NCBI GenBank assembly: GCA_964016885.1
Contig: OZ024743.1
Span: forward strand, 116,622,001 to 116,686,000
Source of the DNA: Eledone cirrhosa
Lineage: Eukaryota
Direction: 5' to 3'
Length of the DNA stretch: 64,000 nt
Shown here: one piece after another, positions 25,519 to 38,775 of the stretch
Layout of the letters: each line of letters begins with the position of its first letter
How positions within the stretch are numbered: position 1 is the stretch's first letter
The notes under the pieces: generated by a model
Told to the model about the DNA's origin: nothing
The model's input: the letters and a program-made list of their open reading frames with translations, nothing else
Databases searched by the model: none
Program-made: the position numbers and the translations under genes

Positions 25519-27551
25519 CACACACGCGCGCACGCGCACACACGCACACACACACAAAACACATATTATATTTATAGTATATACTGATGAGGTTTTACAA
25601 ATTAATGAAGAATTTGTATCATGTAATGTTAATATTAGCGTCATTGCAGTATTTGTTCAATTTTCGCATAGACCAGCTTTGCCTTTCAACTTGTCAGGGT
25701 CGATGAATTATTGAACCAGTCCAGTACAGGAAAGATTATTGATCTTTATATTTTTCTAACATTCATTTAATCAACTTTGCCCTTCGATCCAAATTTGCTG
25801 TCCATGTCTACTTTGGAAACATATTTTTAAAGCAACAATATTCCAAGAAAAATCTATGATTGTTGGGAACATTTTTATAACTAGTTCATTTTATATTATA
25901 ATATTTGCACATTACAAAACCAAATGCATGTCAATCGTGGCAGCGCTTTTTCTAGAAAAATTGCCTTGAGTTTAACTCAATCAACATTGATAATTTTCGT
26001 TATTAATGTATGATTTCAGTTTTGAGTCTCGAAAGCACACATGACCTGGAAGGTTGAAATTGTTATTGCTATTCCTAAATATGAAATCTTACTAAAGAAA
26101 CTAACATTTGTAATGTCGGTGGAAAGATGATCAGCAATTTAGTTGGCCTGTCCGAAAACTGATTTCCTGTATAAAACAATCAATATGAATTATTACAAAG
26201 CATTGTAGGTTATTGAAGGTATCAGCCCACAAGTTTTCTCGTTACGACTCATGTCAGAAATATTCTTCGAATTATGCTCTCGGTATTTCTAATATATTTT
26301 CAGAAAACTCCCGAAGAATTGTTCGCCATTGTCAACACTTTTTTTTATTTCGGTGATTCGAGAAATAAATGAAATATTTGATAGAGACTAGAATTAATAA
26401 CCTCAGTGTTATGAGAAAATACACACTTGCTATATTTGTCATTAGAAAATATCCATGGAACCGTAAATCCCGAAGGAGTCACAGGGATTAGATTACCTGC
26501 GCTCTCTGAGTTCATATTACACCACGGTCAATCCTTTCGAGATAGATAAATTATAATATCAGTCTAGTATTTGGGCTCATTCTTCCTCTATATCATTCTC
26601 ACTCTCTAAAACTCTGTCACGCTTTCTCTGAAAGATATCTACTGGGTTCAAACTTGGTGATGGAATTTATTACGCCGAGTTTACAGTTCCCAAGAAAATT
26701 CCCTTATTACTATGGCGTATCTAGGAATCTATCAGGTGTTTCGGGATCATACCTACATATGCGTGAGGATTGATGCTAACAGAAAACTATTACAAAACAA
26801 CAACAGTAGGACTAAAAAGGATTAGAAACCAGCAAATGGAATTTCTTAAGTGTAATGACGAAACATAAAATGCGAACAATGGAATGACATCGTAAAAATA
26901 GGTATTCAAGTACACTAAACTAATAGATATATATATGAATAAAACAACAGAAAAACATTTTATTTTACCAAAGTCTAAAACAAAAATTGAATTTAAATTA
27001 TACTGGCAATAAAGCACGGAGAAAAATCAAACTTTTTATACAAGGAAGCGCAAGGCTCTACAAGGAGAAGGTAAACCAGCATGAAACGCAACAATGAATC
27101 TGAGCCAAAAGGAGTAACAGAAGGGCTGATTTTAATTAATTGCACAAAAAATGTCTAACCACCAAGTACAGAAAATATTATTGAAAGAATTTTCGAACAT
27201 CAAGTGCAGACTATGCATCCACTGCAATAAGATGTTTGACCCTATTATCTCCAGCTGCCAAGAGTTTGGCAGCTATTTCCATTGGGAAGTATGCCAATAT
27301 TTTGATATCAAAACGGAGAAGGGAGGAGACGTCATATGATATATAATAATATACAAACACCGTACATGACAATGCTACGACCTGGCCACAATTATCTAGG
27401 ACATGCCAATGAAATCTAACAAGGGGATCAACAAAAGCCCTATATATTAATCAAGGATTTAAATGAAAATATCAACACTCTGATCGTGATTGAAATTCTC
27501 ATTTTCACCGCTTCCATTACGTAGGTGTCTATGTAAGAGAGAAATATATTC
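24634..27551 (+). repeat. Tandem segmental duplication, copy 1 (~2.9 kb)
   Basis: Colinear with 27550-30702 plus 39430-39523. Confidence 0.92.
26900..27500 (+). mobile_element. Highly decayed R4/Dong-like fragment (duplicate ~29930-30700)
   Basis: KCRLC.....DPIISSC...YFHWEVCQYF resembles the knuckle region at 2689-3072. Confidence 0.6.
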
Positions 27552-28356
27552 AAGTGGCCAGAGAGATCTCCTGATGTCAATACCCTTGTAAAGCAGAATG
27601 TCCAAGCATTGAGTCTCAAGTAAACATTTCTCAAATGCGCTGGGCAGGACAAATCATCCGGATGAATGAAAGCAGGACCCCAAAGCAATTGTTGTACGGT
27701 CCTCTATCTTGGAATGAATTCTCAACACAAACCGAAAATGTTCTACAAGGACAGCACCAAGAACAACCTCAAAGGGCTGGCATTTGATATAGACAACTAA
27801 GAGGAGATAGCTCTAAAAAGAGCTGAATGGAGATCACGCAGGTAGGGCAGTTACAAAGCTTTAGAGGAATGTCGTCTAGACCGTAAACAAATGAAGCGTC
27901 AGCTCCGGAAGCGTTACAGATTTTAAGAAGTCACCACAGTTGGACATGCAAATTCTATCAGCGTGTACTCCCCTCAAAAGCTGGTTATGTTAATCTCCTG
28001 AAGTCACATGGAAGAATAACCACCCGCAATGCGTCTTGATAAAGTCCTGGCAAAACAACGCACGACATATGCAACAAAGTGTGGAGAACTAGGTCCGGAA
28101 TAAAAATCGCATGGTGGTGCATAAAGATGTTGTCCCACAGGTTGACCCACCAGTCCCGTGGAACGCACCGCTCCTTTCTGTTGCCTGTGTTGTAAATCGT
28201 GCAGATCTACAGATTCATCTACGAAGTAATGGAAGCGGATGGGATGAGAATGAAGAATCAATAAGCAATGGCAATCGTCTGTGAAGACGTTACAATCCTC
28301 ATATGTATACATATGTATATGTATATGTATATATATATGTGTGTATATATATATAA

Positions 28357-28481
28357 GTTTATCCCGGCTTCCACGGGGGTAACTACAGTAAGTAAGGTAC
28401 TCAAATACATAGCAAAGTATACATATTTAATATAGAAAGGCTTCTACAGAACTAGAACTGTTTCATTCGGTAGAAATCATA
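28357..28481 (-). mobile_element. pLTR 3' fragment with partial hammerhead, inside a TA-rich tract
   Basis: Minus: ATGA-tTTC-tacc-GAAt-GAAA-CAG-ttctagtt-CTG-TA-gaag; absent from duplication copy 1. Confidence 0.55.
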
Positions 28482-30387
28482 TATAAATACATATACAGAC
28501 GCACACATATATATTTGTTTTAATGAATGTGGACCTTTACATATCTCTGTAAGTAACGCTTAAATGAATAATTGTATATTGATGAGGTTTTACAAATTAA
28601 TGGAGAAATTGTATCATTTAATGTTAATATTAGCGCCATTGCAGTATGTGTCTTCACATTTAACGTTCTAAGTTCAATTTTCGCCTATGACATCTTTGCC
28701 TTTCATCTTTTCAGGGTCGATGAAATATTGAACCAGTCCAGTACAGGAGACGATAATTTCTCTTTATATTCTTCTGAGGTTCATTTAATCAACTTTGCCC
28801 TTCGATCTAAATTTGCTGTCCATGTCTACATTCGAAACATATTTGTAAAGCAACAATATTCCAAGGAAAAGAACTATGATTGATGGGAACATTTTTATAA
28901 CTAGTTCATTTTATATTATAATAATCATACATGACAAAGCCAAATGCATGTCAATCGTGACAGCGCTTTTTCTAGAAAGATTGCCTGAGTTTAACTCAAT
29001 CAACATTGATAATGTTCGTTATTAATGTATGATGTCAGTTTTGAGTCTTGAAAGCAGATATCACCTGAAAAGTTGCAATTGTTATTGCTATTCCTAAATA
29101 TGAAATCTTACTAAAGAAACTAACATTTGTAATGTCGGTGGAAAGATGATCACCAATTTAGTTGGCCTGTCCGAAAACTGATTTCCCGTGTAAAACAATC
29201 AATATGAATTATTACAAAACATGGTACGTAATTGAAGGTATCAGCCCACAAGTTTTCTCGTTACGACTCATGTCAGAAATATTCTTCGAATTATGCTCTC
29301 GGTATTCCTAGTATATTTTCAGAAAACTCCCGAAGAATTGTTCTCCGTTGTCACATTTTGTATTTCGGTGATTCGAGTAATAAACGAAATATTTGATAGA
29401 GACTAGAATTAATAACTTCAGTGTTATGAGAAAATACACACTTGCTATATTTGTCATTAGAAAATATCCATGGAACCGTAAATCCCGAAGGAGTCACAGG
29501 GACGAGATTACCTGCGCTCTCTGAGTTCATATTACGGTCAATCCTTTCGAGATAGATAAATTATAATATGAGTCTAGTATTTGGGCTCATTTTTCCTCTA
29601 CATCTTTCTCACTCTCTCTTCCACTCTGTCACGCCTTCTCTAGAAGAAATCAGCTGCGTTCAGACTTGGTGATGGAATTGATTACGCCGAGTTTACAGTT
29701 CCCCAAACAATTACTCTATTACCACGGCGTATCTAGGAATCTATCAGGTGTTTCGGGTTCATACCTACATATGCAAAGGGTGCAAGGATTGATACTAACA
29801 GAAAACTATTACAAAATATCAACAGTAGGGCTAAAACTGATTAGAAACCGGCAAATGGAATTTGTTAAGTGTAATGAAGAAACATAAAGTGCGAACAACC
29901 TTTCTTTATATATAATGGAATGACATCGCAAAAATAGCTATTCAAGTACACTAAGCTAACAGATTTATATATGAATAAAACAATTGAAAACTTGTTGTTT
30001 TTTTAACAACATACAAAACAACAATTGAATTTAAAATATACTGACAAAAAAAACTTGGAGAGAAATCAAATTTATTATACAAGGAACTGCAAAGCTCAAC
30101 AAGGAGAAGGTAAACCAGCATGAACCACAACAATGACTCTGAGGCAAAAGCAGTAACAGCAAGTCTGATTGTAAGTAATTTCACAAAAAATGTCTAACCA
30201 CCAAGTACAGAAAGTATTATTGAAAGAATTTTCGAACATCAAGTGCAGACTATGCATCCACTGCAATAAGATGTTTGACCCTATTATCTCCAGCTGCCAA
30301 GAGTTTGGCAGCTATTTCCATTGGGAAGTATGCCAATATTTTGATATCAAAACAGGAAAGGGAGGAGACATCGTATGATATATAATT

Positions 30388-30571
30388 GTTTCTATTTTTG
30401 GCACAAGGCCAGCAATTACCCGTTTGCATTACTAGTCCTTTATTTTATCGAGCCCGTAAGGATGAAAGGCCAAGTTAACCTGGGAGGGATTTGAACTCAG
30501 ACCGCAAATGGGCGTAACTCTATGCTACAAAGCATGGCATCCGACCCTCTATCGATACTGCCAATCCACCG
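30388..30571 (-). mobile_element. tRNA-derived SINE inserted after the duplication
   Basis: Same family as 5185-5367; absent at the paralogous site ~27345. Confidence 0.88.
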
Positions 30572-32403
30572 CGACGTCATATAATATATAATAACATACT
30601 AACACGGTATATGAAGAGGCAACGATCTGACCACAATTATCTAGGATATGCCAATCAAATCTAACAAGGCGATCAACGAAAGCCCCATATATTAATCAAG
30701 GACTAGCAGCAGGACCCGGCATTGCACGGGTAGGAAACATGAAATAGCAACACGCATATGCAAAGATTGAGGAATGTAGCTGTGTACTTTTTTAATTACT
30801 TTATTCTCAGGCAATGATTGTTCATCTACTGGAAACGTAGAACACCAGCAGGCCGAATGCAGTAGTAGCAGTGTCAGTGGGCTGATTGCGGAAATCCTGT
30901 ATGCGAAAGGAGTAAGTGTTGTGAGGCGATGTATGTCGTAGGTCTGTTCACGAATTACGTCACAGATGTGGAACACACGTCTGACGGAGTGACGTAGTCA
31001 ATTGTGTGAAAACCAAGTAGGGATGAACGTTTAAGTAGGGATATTGAGATGACGAAATCAGCGTGGCAACGCAGCTGCAGCAGAAGGGGGTCATAGTGCA
31101 ATTAGCACAAACACTGGGCGGTACTCTTTGCACTACATTTACACAGCAACAAAAGTGCGACAAAAGGGGTCACTGCGGAATTAGCACAACCTCTGTTCAG
31201 CGTACTTGCGCAGCACGTTCATACTGCAGTGTAGGTGCAACAAAATGGGTCTTAGTAGAAGTAGCACAGACGTGAGTTTTACGGTGTCAATAACACGGCA
31301 ATGTACACAGGGACCAGATTTGTGCGTGATGAAAGTACGAAGCGTCAACAGGGTGCCGACAAATATTTTAAGGTCCTCCTCATTTCCTCAACCCCACGAA
31401 AATGGTCCTGCTTAAAAGTAAGTAAGTGTTGTGAACTCTGTTAAATAAACCAAATGTTTAACGAAATATTATACGTTACTTGCGATGTTTAAGTAGCGTT
31501 TATATTGAAAATAAAAAAGGCATGTAATGCCCAATGCTAATTCGTAAATTTCCTAAAAACATTAATGGAATCGGATATCTTTTTGTCCACAGCAATGTGA
31601 GGAGACTAACTAATGTGCGCTGCAAATTTCGTGGAAATCGTTTGGATTATCTTTAAGTAACACCTCAAAAAAGACTAAAAATGCCTAAAAAATGCGGTTT
31701 TTCGCCTAATGCAGACACTAGGGGAGAAAAAGTTAACATTTCTTAGTTCATTGCCCTTCAAGCCATATAAGTAACGTATGTGTAAAGTTTGAAAAAAGTC
31801 GTTTGGGTACTTCTCGATTTTTTAGGGATTTACACAGACAGACAGACATCCTCTGTTTTATATATATATATATATTTATACTAGCAAATGCCCCCCGTCC
31901 ATTGGACGGTGTTAGTTCTCGGTAGGACTGCAGTCATAATGGTGAAATTCCGTTTTGTCGATGTTTAACATGGAGGAACATTTTACTTGATCAACTCTTT
32001 CAATAAAAAATGAGACGGTATTCAAAAAGAGCATGTTTTATTTACAGATATCTATCATTAAAATGTGAAAATAGAGAAATATCGAAAATAGAAAATAGAG
32101 AAAAAAGTGAAAATAGAGAAAAATGGAAATATCGTTTGGAATGTCGTTTAATTGACTGAAGGGCTGAAGAATCGGTACAAAAAGCATAGACGACAGTTCG
32201 GTTGACATGAAGGCAATCTGTAAGAAACTACATGTTTAATTGAATTATGAAATAACCTGGGGCATGTGGAAGGATGTCCATTGAAATGAAAAATGGAAGA
32301 TTTCAACAATGGGCATTTGTTGGAAGAGTAACATTACCTATTGTGAAAAGTAAGTAATCGCAATACGGATCAACCTGAAGGGGCTTTCAACTCCACGGAA
32401 AAG

Positions 32404-35400
32404 CTATTGGAGGGCTGCCTTGTAAACCACATTTTTTGTCAATCTTCCGGGAGCGTAGTAAAAGAGATTGGCCGAGTTTCCAACTCTTGAACATCCCACA
32501 TACAGTTATCCGTGTGAAAAGCATGGAGTACTGAGGTCCAGCCCAACCACTTTTAGTGACTGCCCTTGGGCTTTGTTAATGGTCATTGCAAAACTTAATC
32601 GAATGGGGAATTGGACTCTTTACATCGGAAAGACACAGTCAGTTGGAATAGGTGGAACTCTGGAAATAAAAACAGAGTCACCAGCGCCTTTTCCCGTAAT
32701 GATTGTAGCCTCAAGAACATCATCCAACATATGCGTTATAACTAAGCGTGTTCCATTGCAAAGCCGAGGAGGTTACAAGTTTCTCAAGAATATGATGGGA
32801 CTTCCAAGTCTTAGGCAGAGTTTATGACGTGGCATTCCCGATGGCTCTAGTGAGTTTAAAAACTATGTTGGATAAAACGTTACTTGCGTCGGATCCGTAA
32901 TCGAATCAATCGAAGCATAACATCGCTCGTTGAAAGGAAGTTGACGAAGCAGACATGTGTTAAGAGCTTGTAGGAGCTAAGATGGCCCTCACACATCCAT
33001 TGATGACTGACGTAATTTGTTGAGAGGTCGGGGTAAACTCTTGTGCAAATGTCCTCAGGGCTGGAGACGTAGTTACCGATGGTAGTTATGTCAACCAAAC
33101 CGTTTACGTCGATTGGTAAGTTCCCATTACCAACATCCAATAACTTTGAAGCAAAGTAATTGTCACCGTCTTGTTGGTGGAGAATCGATCGCATGTTGAT
33201 GGTTAACTTTCTCGACTGGACGAAGCGCCAAAGATGAGAATGTTTAATGCAAGCATCTATTTCATCAACTGGTTGGACTTTTGGGACAATGGGAAGAGTT
33301 TGACGAAAATCCCCAACGAGAAGCAGAACGACGCCACCGAAGGGTTGAGAGTTGTAGCGCAGGTCTTGTAGCGTTGTATTCATTGCATCCAGTGCATTCT
33401 TGTGGGACATTGTTGCTTAGTCCCAGACAATCAATTTGCATTTTTGAAAGACATCAGCCTCATCAGAATTCTTCTTTATATTGGTGGTCAGATTTTCAAC
33501 ATGACCGATGTTAAGGGGAAGCTTAAATGTTGAATGGACTGTTCTGCCGCCGTCTAGCAGTGTTGCTGCTTCCTGAAGACGCCATTGCCATGACAATCTG
33601 TCCACGTTGGCGAACTTTGGCAATAAGGCGGTTGAAGAGAAATGTCTTTCCCGTGCCACCTGGCGCATCAAGGAAGTGGATGCCACCGCTAGTGTATTCA
33701 AGCATGGTCAAAACAAAAGTATAGACATCAGCTTGTTCAAGATTCAAAAGATTTTCTCTTTCTTGAATGTAAGACAGACGTCTGGCAGCATTGTAGCATG
33801 TCTCTCTTAGTAGGGGGCGGTTACAAACAGGCTCATTTTATCTTTTAGGGGAGTCCATACAGTAGTTCCTCAAGGGACGGCCACCCATTTCCAAAAGTGT
33901 AAGTATATCTTCTAGAAATATTGTACATGTCAGGGGTAAACTGTAAGTTCATGTGTGCGGACGCGAAGCGAGATTGCATTAGGATGTCCAAGCACATGCT
34001 GTCGCGATATTTCTCCTAGAAAGACTGTGGATTCCCAAGACTGCAGTACACCAGCATAACGGCGAAAAGCTTACGAAGAGCAATTGGTGACTGCAACGTT
34101 GATGCTTCATGGAGGGCGTGGTCATAGTGGTCACCATTGTCTAGAAGACCTAATTTGGAGCAGGCCTCTTTAAATGTTGAACAAATATGACCATTGACGG
34201 TACGACGGTCTTCAAAGTAAGTTGGACCTTTGACAACGTGTAATAGAAGACGAATTGAGGGGTGAACTGTGTACACTCTTGAGAGGGCATGAGACTCACG
34301 CATCGAAACATCCCTTTGTGAAATTCGTCCTCGCTTTCTTCTTTGAAGATTTATTCCACGTGTAGAATGTAGAAACTCCGCATAAAGAAGTGTTCTGGCA
34401 AGAGAGTCAGAAATACAAAGTTCAAAGAATCCGGCAAGGGTCGTTCTTCGAGGTTGTCTTGCACAGTCAAGCATATTTTCTTGGTTAAAATACACCCGTT
34501 GACCATTCCCCAAATGAACGTTGAGGTGAATAACTGCAGGTTCATGGATCGGAAAACCAAAGATGCGCCAAAATGCCTCGTTAGAAGAGATGTAGCGTCC
34601 AGTTTGGAAAAATGAGACTTCATCTGTGGCGGCATCAGGGTTATTGGTCTTAGCCAACTCAATAACTGCTCGATCAGCTCCCTTATGGACATACTTGCAG
34701 ATATATTGCATTGATTTTATGGAGTTGCAGAATTCAACATTAATGTGGGCTGAAAACATTTTACAAAGCACCTTGTTATGTGGTACAACGCATCGGTTGT
34801 CGATATTGAAATCTTGACCACCAACCATTGTTATAGTTGCCGTATTTCCATCATCCTGCGGTGCCCTGCGACGGTATAAAGGGTAGCCATCATCACCAGT
34901 TTTGGTTTCATGGATAAGTTTACGTGGGTAACGCTTACTACATTTTCCATTATCCATACATGCAGATTTTGGATTTAGGTGACCACACGGTCCATGGATC
35001 ATGCTGGCTTTTATAATTTGAAAAAGACAGGGTCTTCTTGGGGATTTGGTAATTCAGCAATTATAACGGAATCAATATCAGTTGACATGAGGTTTTTTTA
35101 AGCCAAAGGAGAATATGGACATGTGGGAGTCCTCTCTTCTGCCATTCTACGGTGTACATGAAACACCTTACTGGTCCAAAAATTTGTCTGTATTTTATAA
35201 CGTCCATCATTTTCATAAGCTTTAGGTGAAACACTCTAGATATGATATCATGCCTGTGTGAAGGATATTGGCCATGAAGTAAGTGAGACTGGATGTCAAA
35301 CCATTTTGGATTGCATGTGAAGGTGATAAAAAGATCAGGACGGCCACAATGGCGGACATAGGTGAGAGCATCCTACATTTTTTCATGCATGTAACGGGGG

Positions 35401-36947
35401 CCTCGAGTGTATGACGCTGGGACGATGACAGAAAGCCCAACATCCGAAGCAATAACCTAATCATTTATGTTGACTTCGTCACGTAGATGGCCGTATTCTT
35501 CTGAACGCAGTTCCTTTTGATGGTGTCTTATCCATTGGAGGCGTTCACTGTCAATCTGGAAAAAGAAGAAATTGTGGTAAATATTGAGTGAACTGGCTAA
35601 GGAAATTTTCTGAACGAAATCATAAAATAAGAAATAGTTACCTTAGCAAATACGTCTACACAGTATTGATTGAGGAGCATCCGTGTTCTATGCAGAATGT
35701 TGATGTCGTTTTTGCGAATCATGAGCCTAAATGCATAAAATTCCATTTCTGAAATGGTTTTCCGTGGTTGAAGATGCTTTAAAGTTACTGGATTACACTT
35801 TCGCCAGTCAATGCGGTATCCATCGTCGCCAAAGGGAAACAGTAATGGACATTGGAGGGCATCATATGCAGGATGAAGTTCATTTATTATTTGAAGACAC
35901 GAGTCCTGTCATTCAAGACCAATATCATGGTTTGGAGTACTCTCATTAAGACTTGTTATAAGCACCGCCTCTTCATCGGATTGGGGTCTGTTAAAGCAAC
36001 CCTGATGCTGCCCTGATGGAGCGCGGTGACCTCGAATAACAACCTTGAATTGATTGGTGTTAGCACCTCTACGCTGAAAAGCAGTTTTAAAAATGGTGAC
36101 ATAGGTGTTTATGGTATGAAGCATATATTGAAGGTGTTGCAGAAGAAAAGGTATTGTTCCTTTAGCAACTGAAGCTCTTCGTGCAGTTTCTTCAGGTCCG
36201 TTCCCCATAAAGTATATCTGGAGACAACTGTGTTCATCGCCATCTTGTGGAATAAGGGAGCCACTTTGATGGTAAATTTGGCCTTGCACTTTGAATGTGG
36301 GCATATAATTTCCATGTTTTATTCGTGTATGACCAAAGCTTGTCATTTGGAAAGCCGAATTGTAGGCTCTTATATTTCTAAGAAAGTGTTTACAATCAGG
36401 GTGGTTTCCAAGCAGCAGAGAATTCAAAGGTTCGGCACCGACTTGTAAATGAGGCAATCTAACCGTTACATTGGAGCAGCATTGTAACGCAAACAGTTGA
36501 CATGCTACCAATGATAATATGTGGGTGGGATGCGTAGTCCTCTTGGAGGCTGTAATGAAAAGCCTTCTTAGACCAGTGACAGGAAGAAACCCTCGGAAAG
36601 ATATGAGAACGCATTTTCCGTTGAGAATCAACCGCAAGTCTTGTTGCCCTTTGGTCAGCAGTCTCTAAAGGACGGCTATATGAAGTAGAAGCAGCATCGC
36701 AAGCAAGCCGCAGTTCTGATTGTTCAGCAGTCTGTAATGCTCTGGCCTTCGAAGTAGAAGTAGCATTGCGAGCAAGCCGGAGTTCTGCTTGTTCATTTGT
36801 CTGTAATGCTCTGGCGATCGAAGTAGAAGCAGCATTGCGAGCACGCCGTAGCATACATTGTTCTTCTGGCTCGCTTGCGCGCGAAGAACGCAAAGCAAAA
36901 GCATTTCTCGTTTTTCTTCCAATGTGACTCTTGCTTTTTCGAGGCAT
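32404..36947 (-). pseudogene. Helitron RepHel (HUH Rep plus PIF1-like helicase), multiple frameshifts and stops
   Basis: IRAYNSAFQMTSFG, FKVQGQIYH, VEWQKRGLPHVHILLW (~35105-35160), [69 protein letters not shown]. Confidence 0.95.
35556..35641 (-). other. 86-nt GT-AG intron in RepHel
   Basis: AAG|GTAAC...TTTCTTCTTTTTCCAG|ATT; removal joins QYCVDVFAK|IDSERLQWIRHHQKELRSEEY in frame. Confidence 0.85.
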
Positions 36948-36949
36948 TC

Positions 36950-37358
36950 TATGGAAAATCTGTAATTGAATAAATCTGAAACAAATCAAATCAAAGAAAT
37001 TTACCTCGTTGCTGTTTATGGGAATTCAATATTTACAGGTATATATAAATAAACCTGTAAACATATGCATGTATTTATCTATGCATGTATGTATATATAA
37101 AATATATACATATATAAATATACCTGAAACATATGTATGTTTTTATCTATGCATGCATGTATAAAATATTGTCATATTTACAAAAATATTTTTCTAATAT
37201 CGTGTTTAATATTGTCATATTTACAAAAATATTTTTCTAATATCGTGTTTAATATTTCTTGTCGTCTGCTTCTCTTCTCACAACAGGTGGTCACTTACTG
37301 TCTCACTCTCTCTTTCTTTCCCCCTCACACAGACTCTTCTTTCTCTCTCTTTTTGCCA

Positions 37359-37418
<60 letters not shown>

Positions 37419-38184
37419 CCTTATTTCTTTGTCTCTTTCTTTCTGTCGCTGTTTCCCTCCTATAGACGTTCTCTCTCTTTTTTTTTCTGTCCCTCTCTCT
37501 CTTCTATTCTGAACTTTCTACTTCCTCCTCAAATCATTAACTCTCAACCAGAAACTGGTATACTACAGAACCTACTGCAAATGTTTAAAAAAAATATCAT
37601 TACAAACTGACTGATCACCGAGAAGAAATTGTGAAACACAATGCTGTAAATGTTATGTATATGTTGTTAAAGAATTGTCACAGCAACTATATTCCGTGAC
37701 ATCGGCAATCAAATTAACGAATACAATGCTTGTCTAGCTTGTAGGTTCTAGAAGTATTACAGTTCATCAGTGCTAATTAATAAAATAGTCTTGTAATACA
37801 CAATATACAGCTTCATCTAAAGTGGTTATGTTTCTTTTATAAAAACATCTTGCATCCTCCTTTAGCAATGTGTAAAATTTTAAGAGATCGGGTGAATAAT
37901 ACGCAAGTTATAATACTTTACACACACAGATAGAACGGGACTCGATCTCATCGAAAATCTGTATTTGAATAAATCTGAAACAAATCAAAGAAATTTACCT
38001 GGTTGCTGTTTATAGGACTTCTAATGAAGGTTTTGAATACAAAGTCCCATAAGGATTAGAAAAATGGCGATATATATATATATATATAAATACACCTGTA
38101 AACATATGTATGTATTTATCTATGCATGTATGTATATATATATATATACACATGTAAACATATGTATGTATTTATCTATGCATG

Positions 38185-38223
<39 letters not shown>

Positions 38224-38775
38224 GTAAACATATGTATATTTATCTATGCATGCATATATAATATGTTGCCATATTTACAAAAATATTTTTCTAACATCGT
38301 GTTTAATATTTTATATTGTCGTCTGCTTCTCTTCTCGCAACATGTGGTTACTTACTGTCTCAGTCTCTCTTTCTTTCCCCTCTCGCACAGCCTCTTCTTT
38401 CTCTCTCTTTTTGCCAGTCCCTTCTCTCACACAGAGCCTTCTCTCTTTCTCTCTCTCTCTATTCCCCTTTTTTCTTTGTCTCTTTCTGTCGCTGTTTCCC
38501 TCCTATAGATATTCTCTCTGTTTATTTGTCTGTCCCTCTCTCTCTTCTACTCTGCACTTTCGACTTCCTTCTCTTTCTCAACCGCGTTCCCGCTTACGGC
38601 AGTTCTAATGGAGATTTGTTTAACGCAAAGTCACACAAGGATTAGAAAAATTGCGATTATCACTTTGAAAGTAACAATTATGCCCTCCTTTGGCAATGTG
38701 TAAAATTTTAGCGAGATCGGGTGAACAATACGCAAGTTATAATACTTTACACAGACAGACAGAACGGGACTTATA
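36950..38775. repeat. Tandem duplication of the Helitron 5' region
   Basis: ~36955-37530 matches ~37955-38580; ~37855-37942 matches ~38684-38772. Confidence 0.85.

Noticed and set aside
28780-28892. Minus-strand short ORF MFPSIIVLFLGILLLYKY... resembling a signal-peptide exon
   Set aside because: Frameshifted in the paralogous copy, no convincing donor site, and its 3' end resembles decayed SINE sequence
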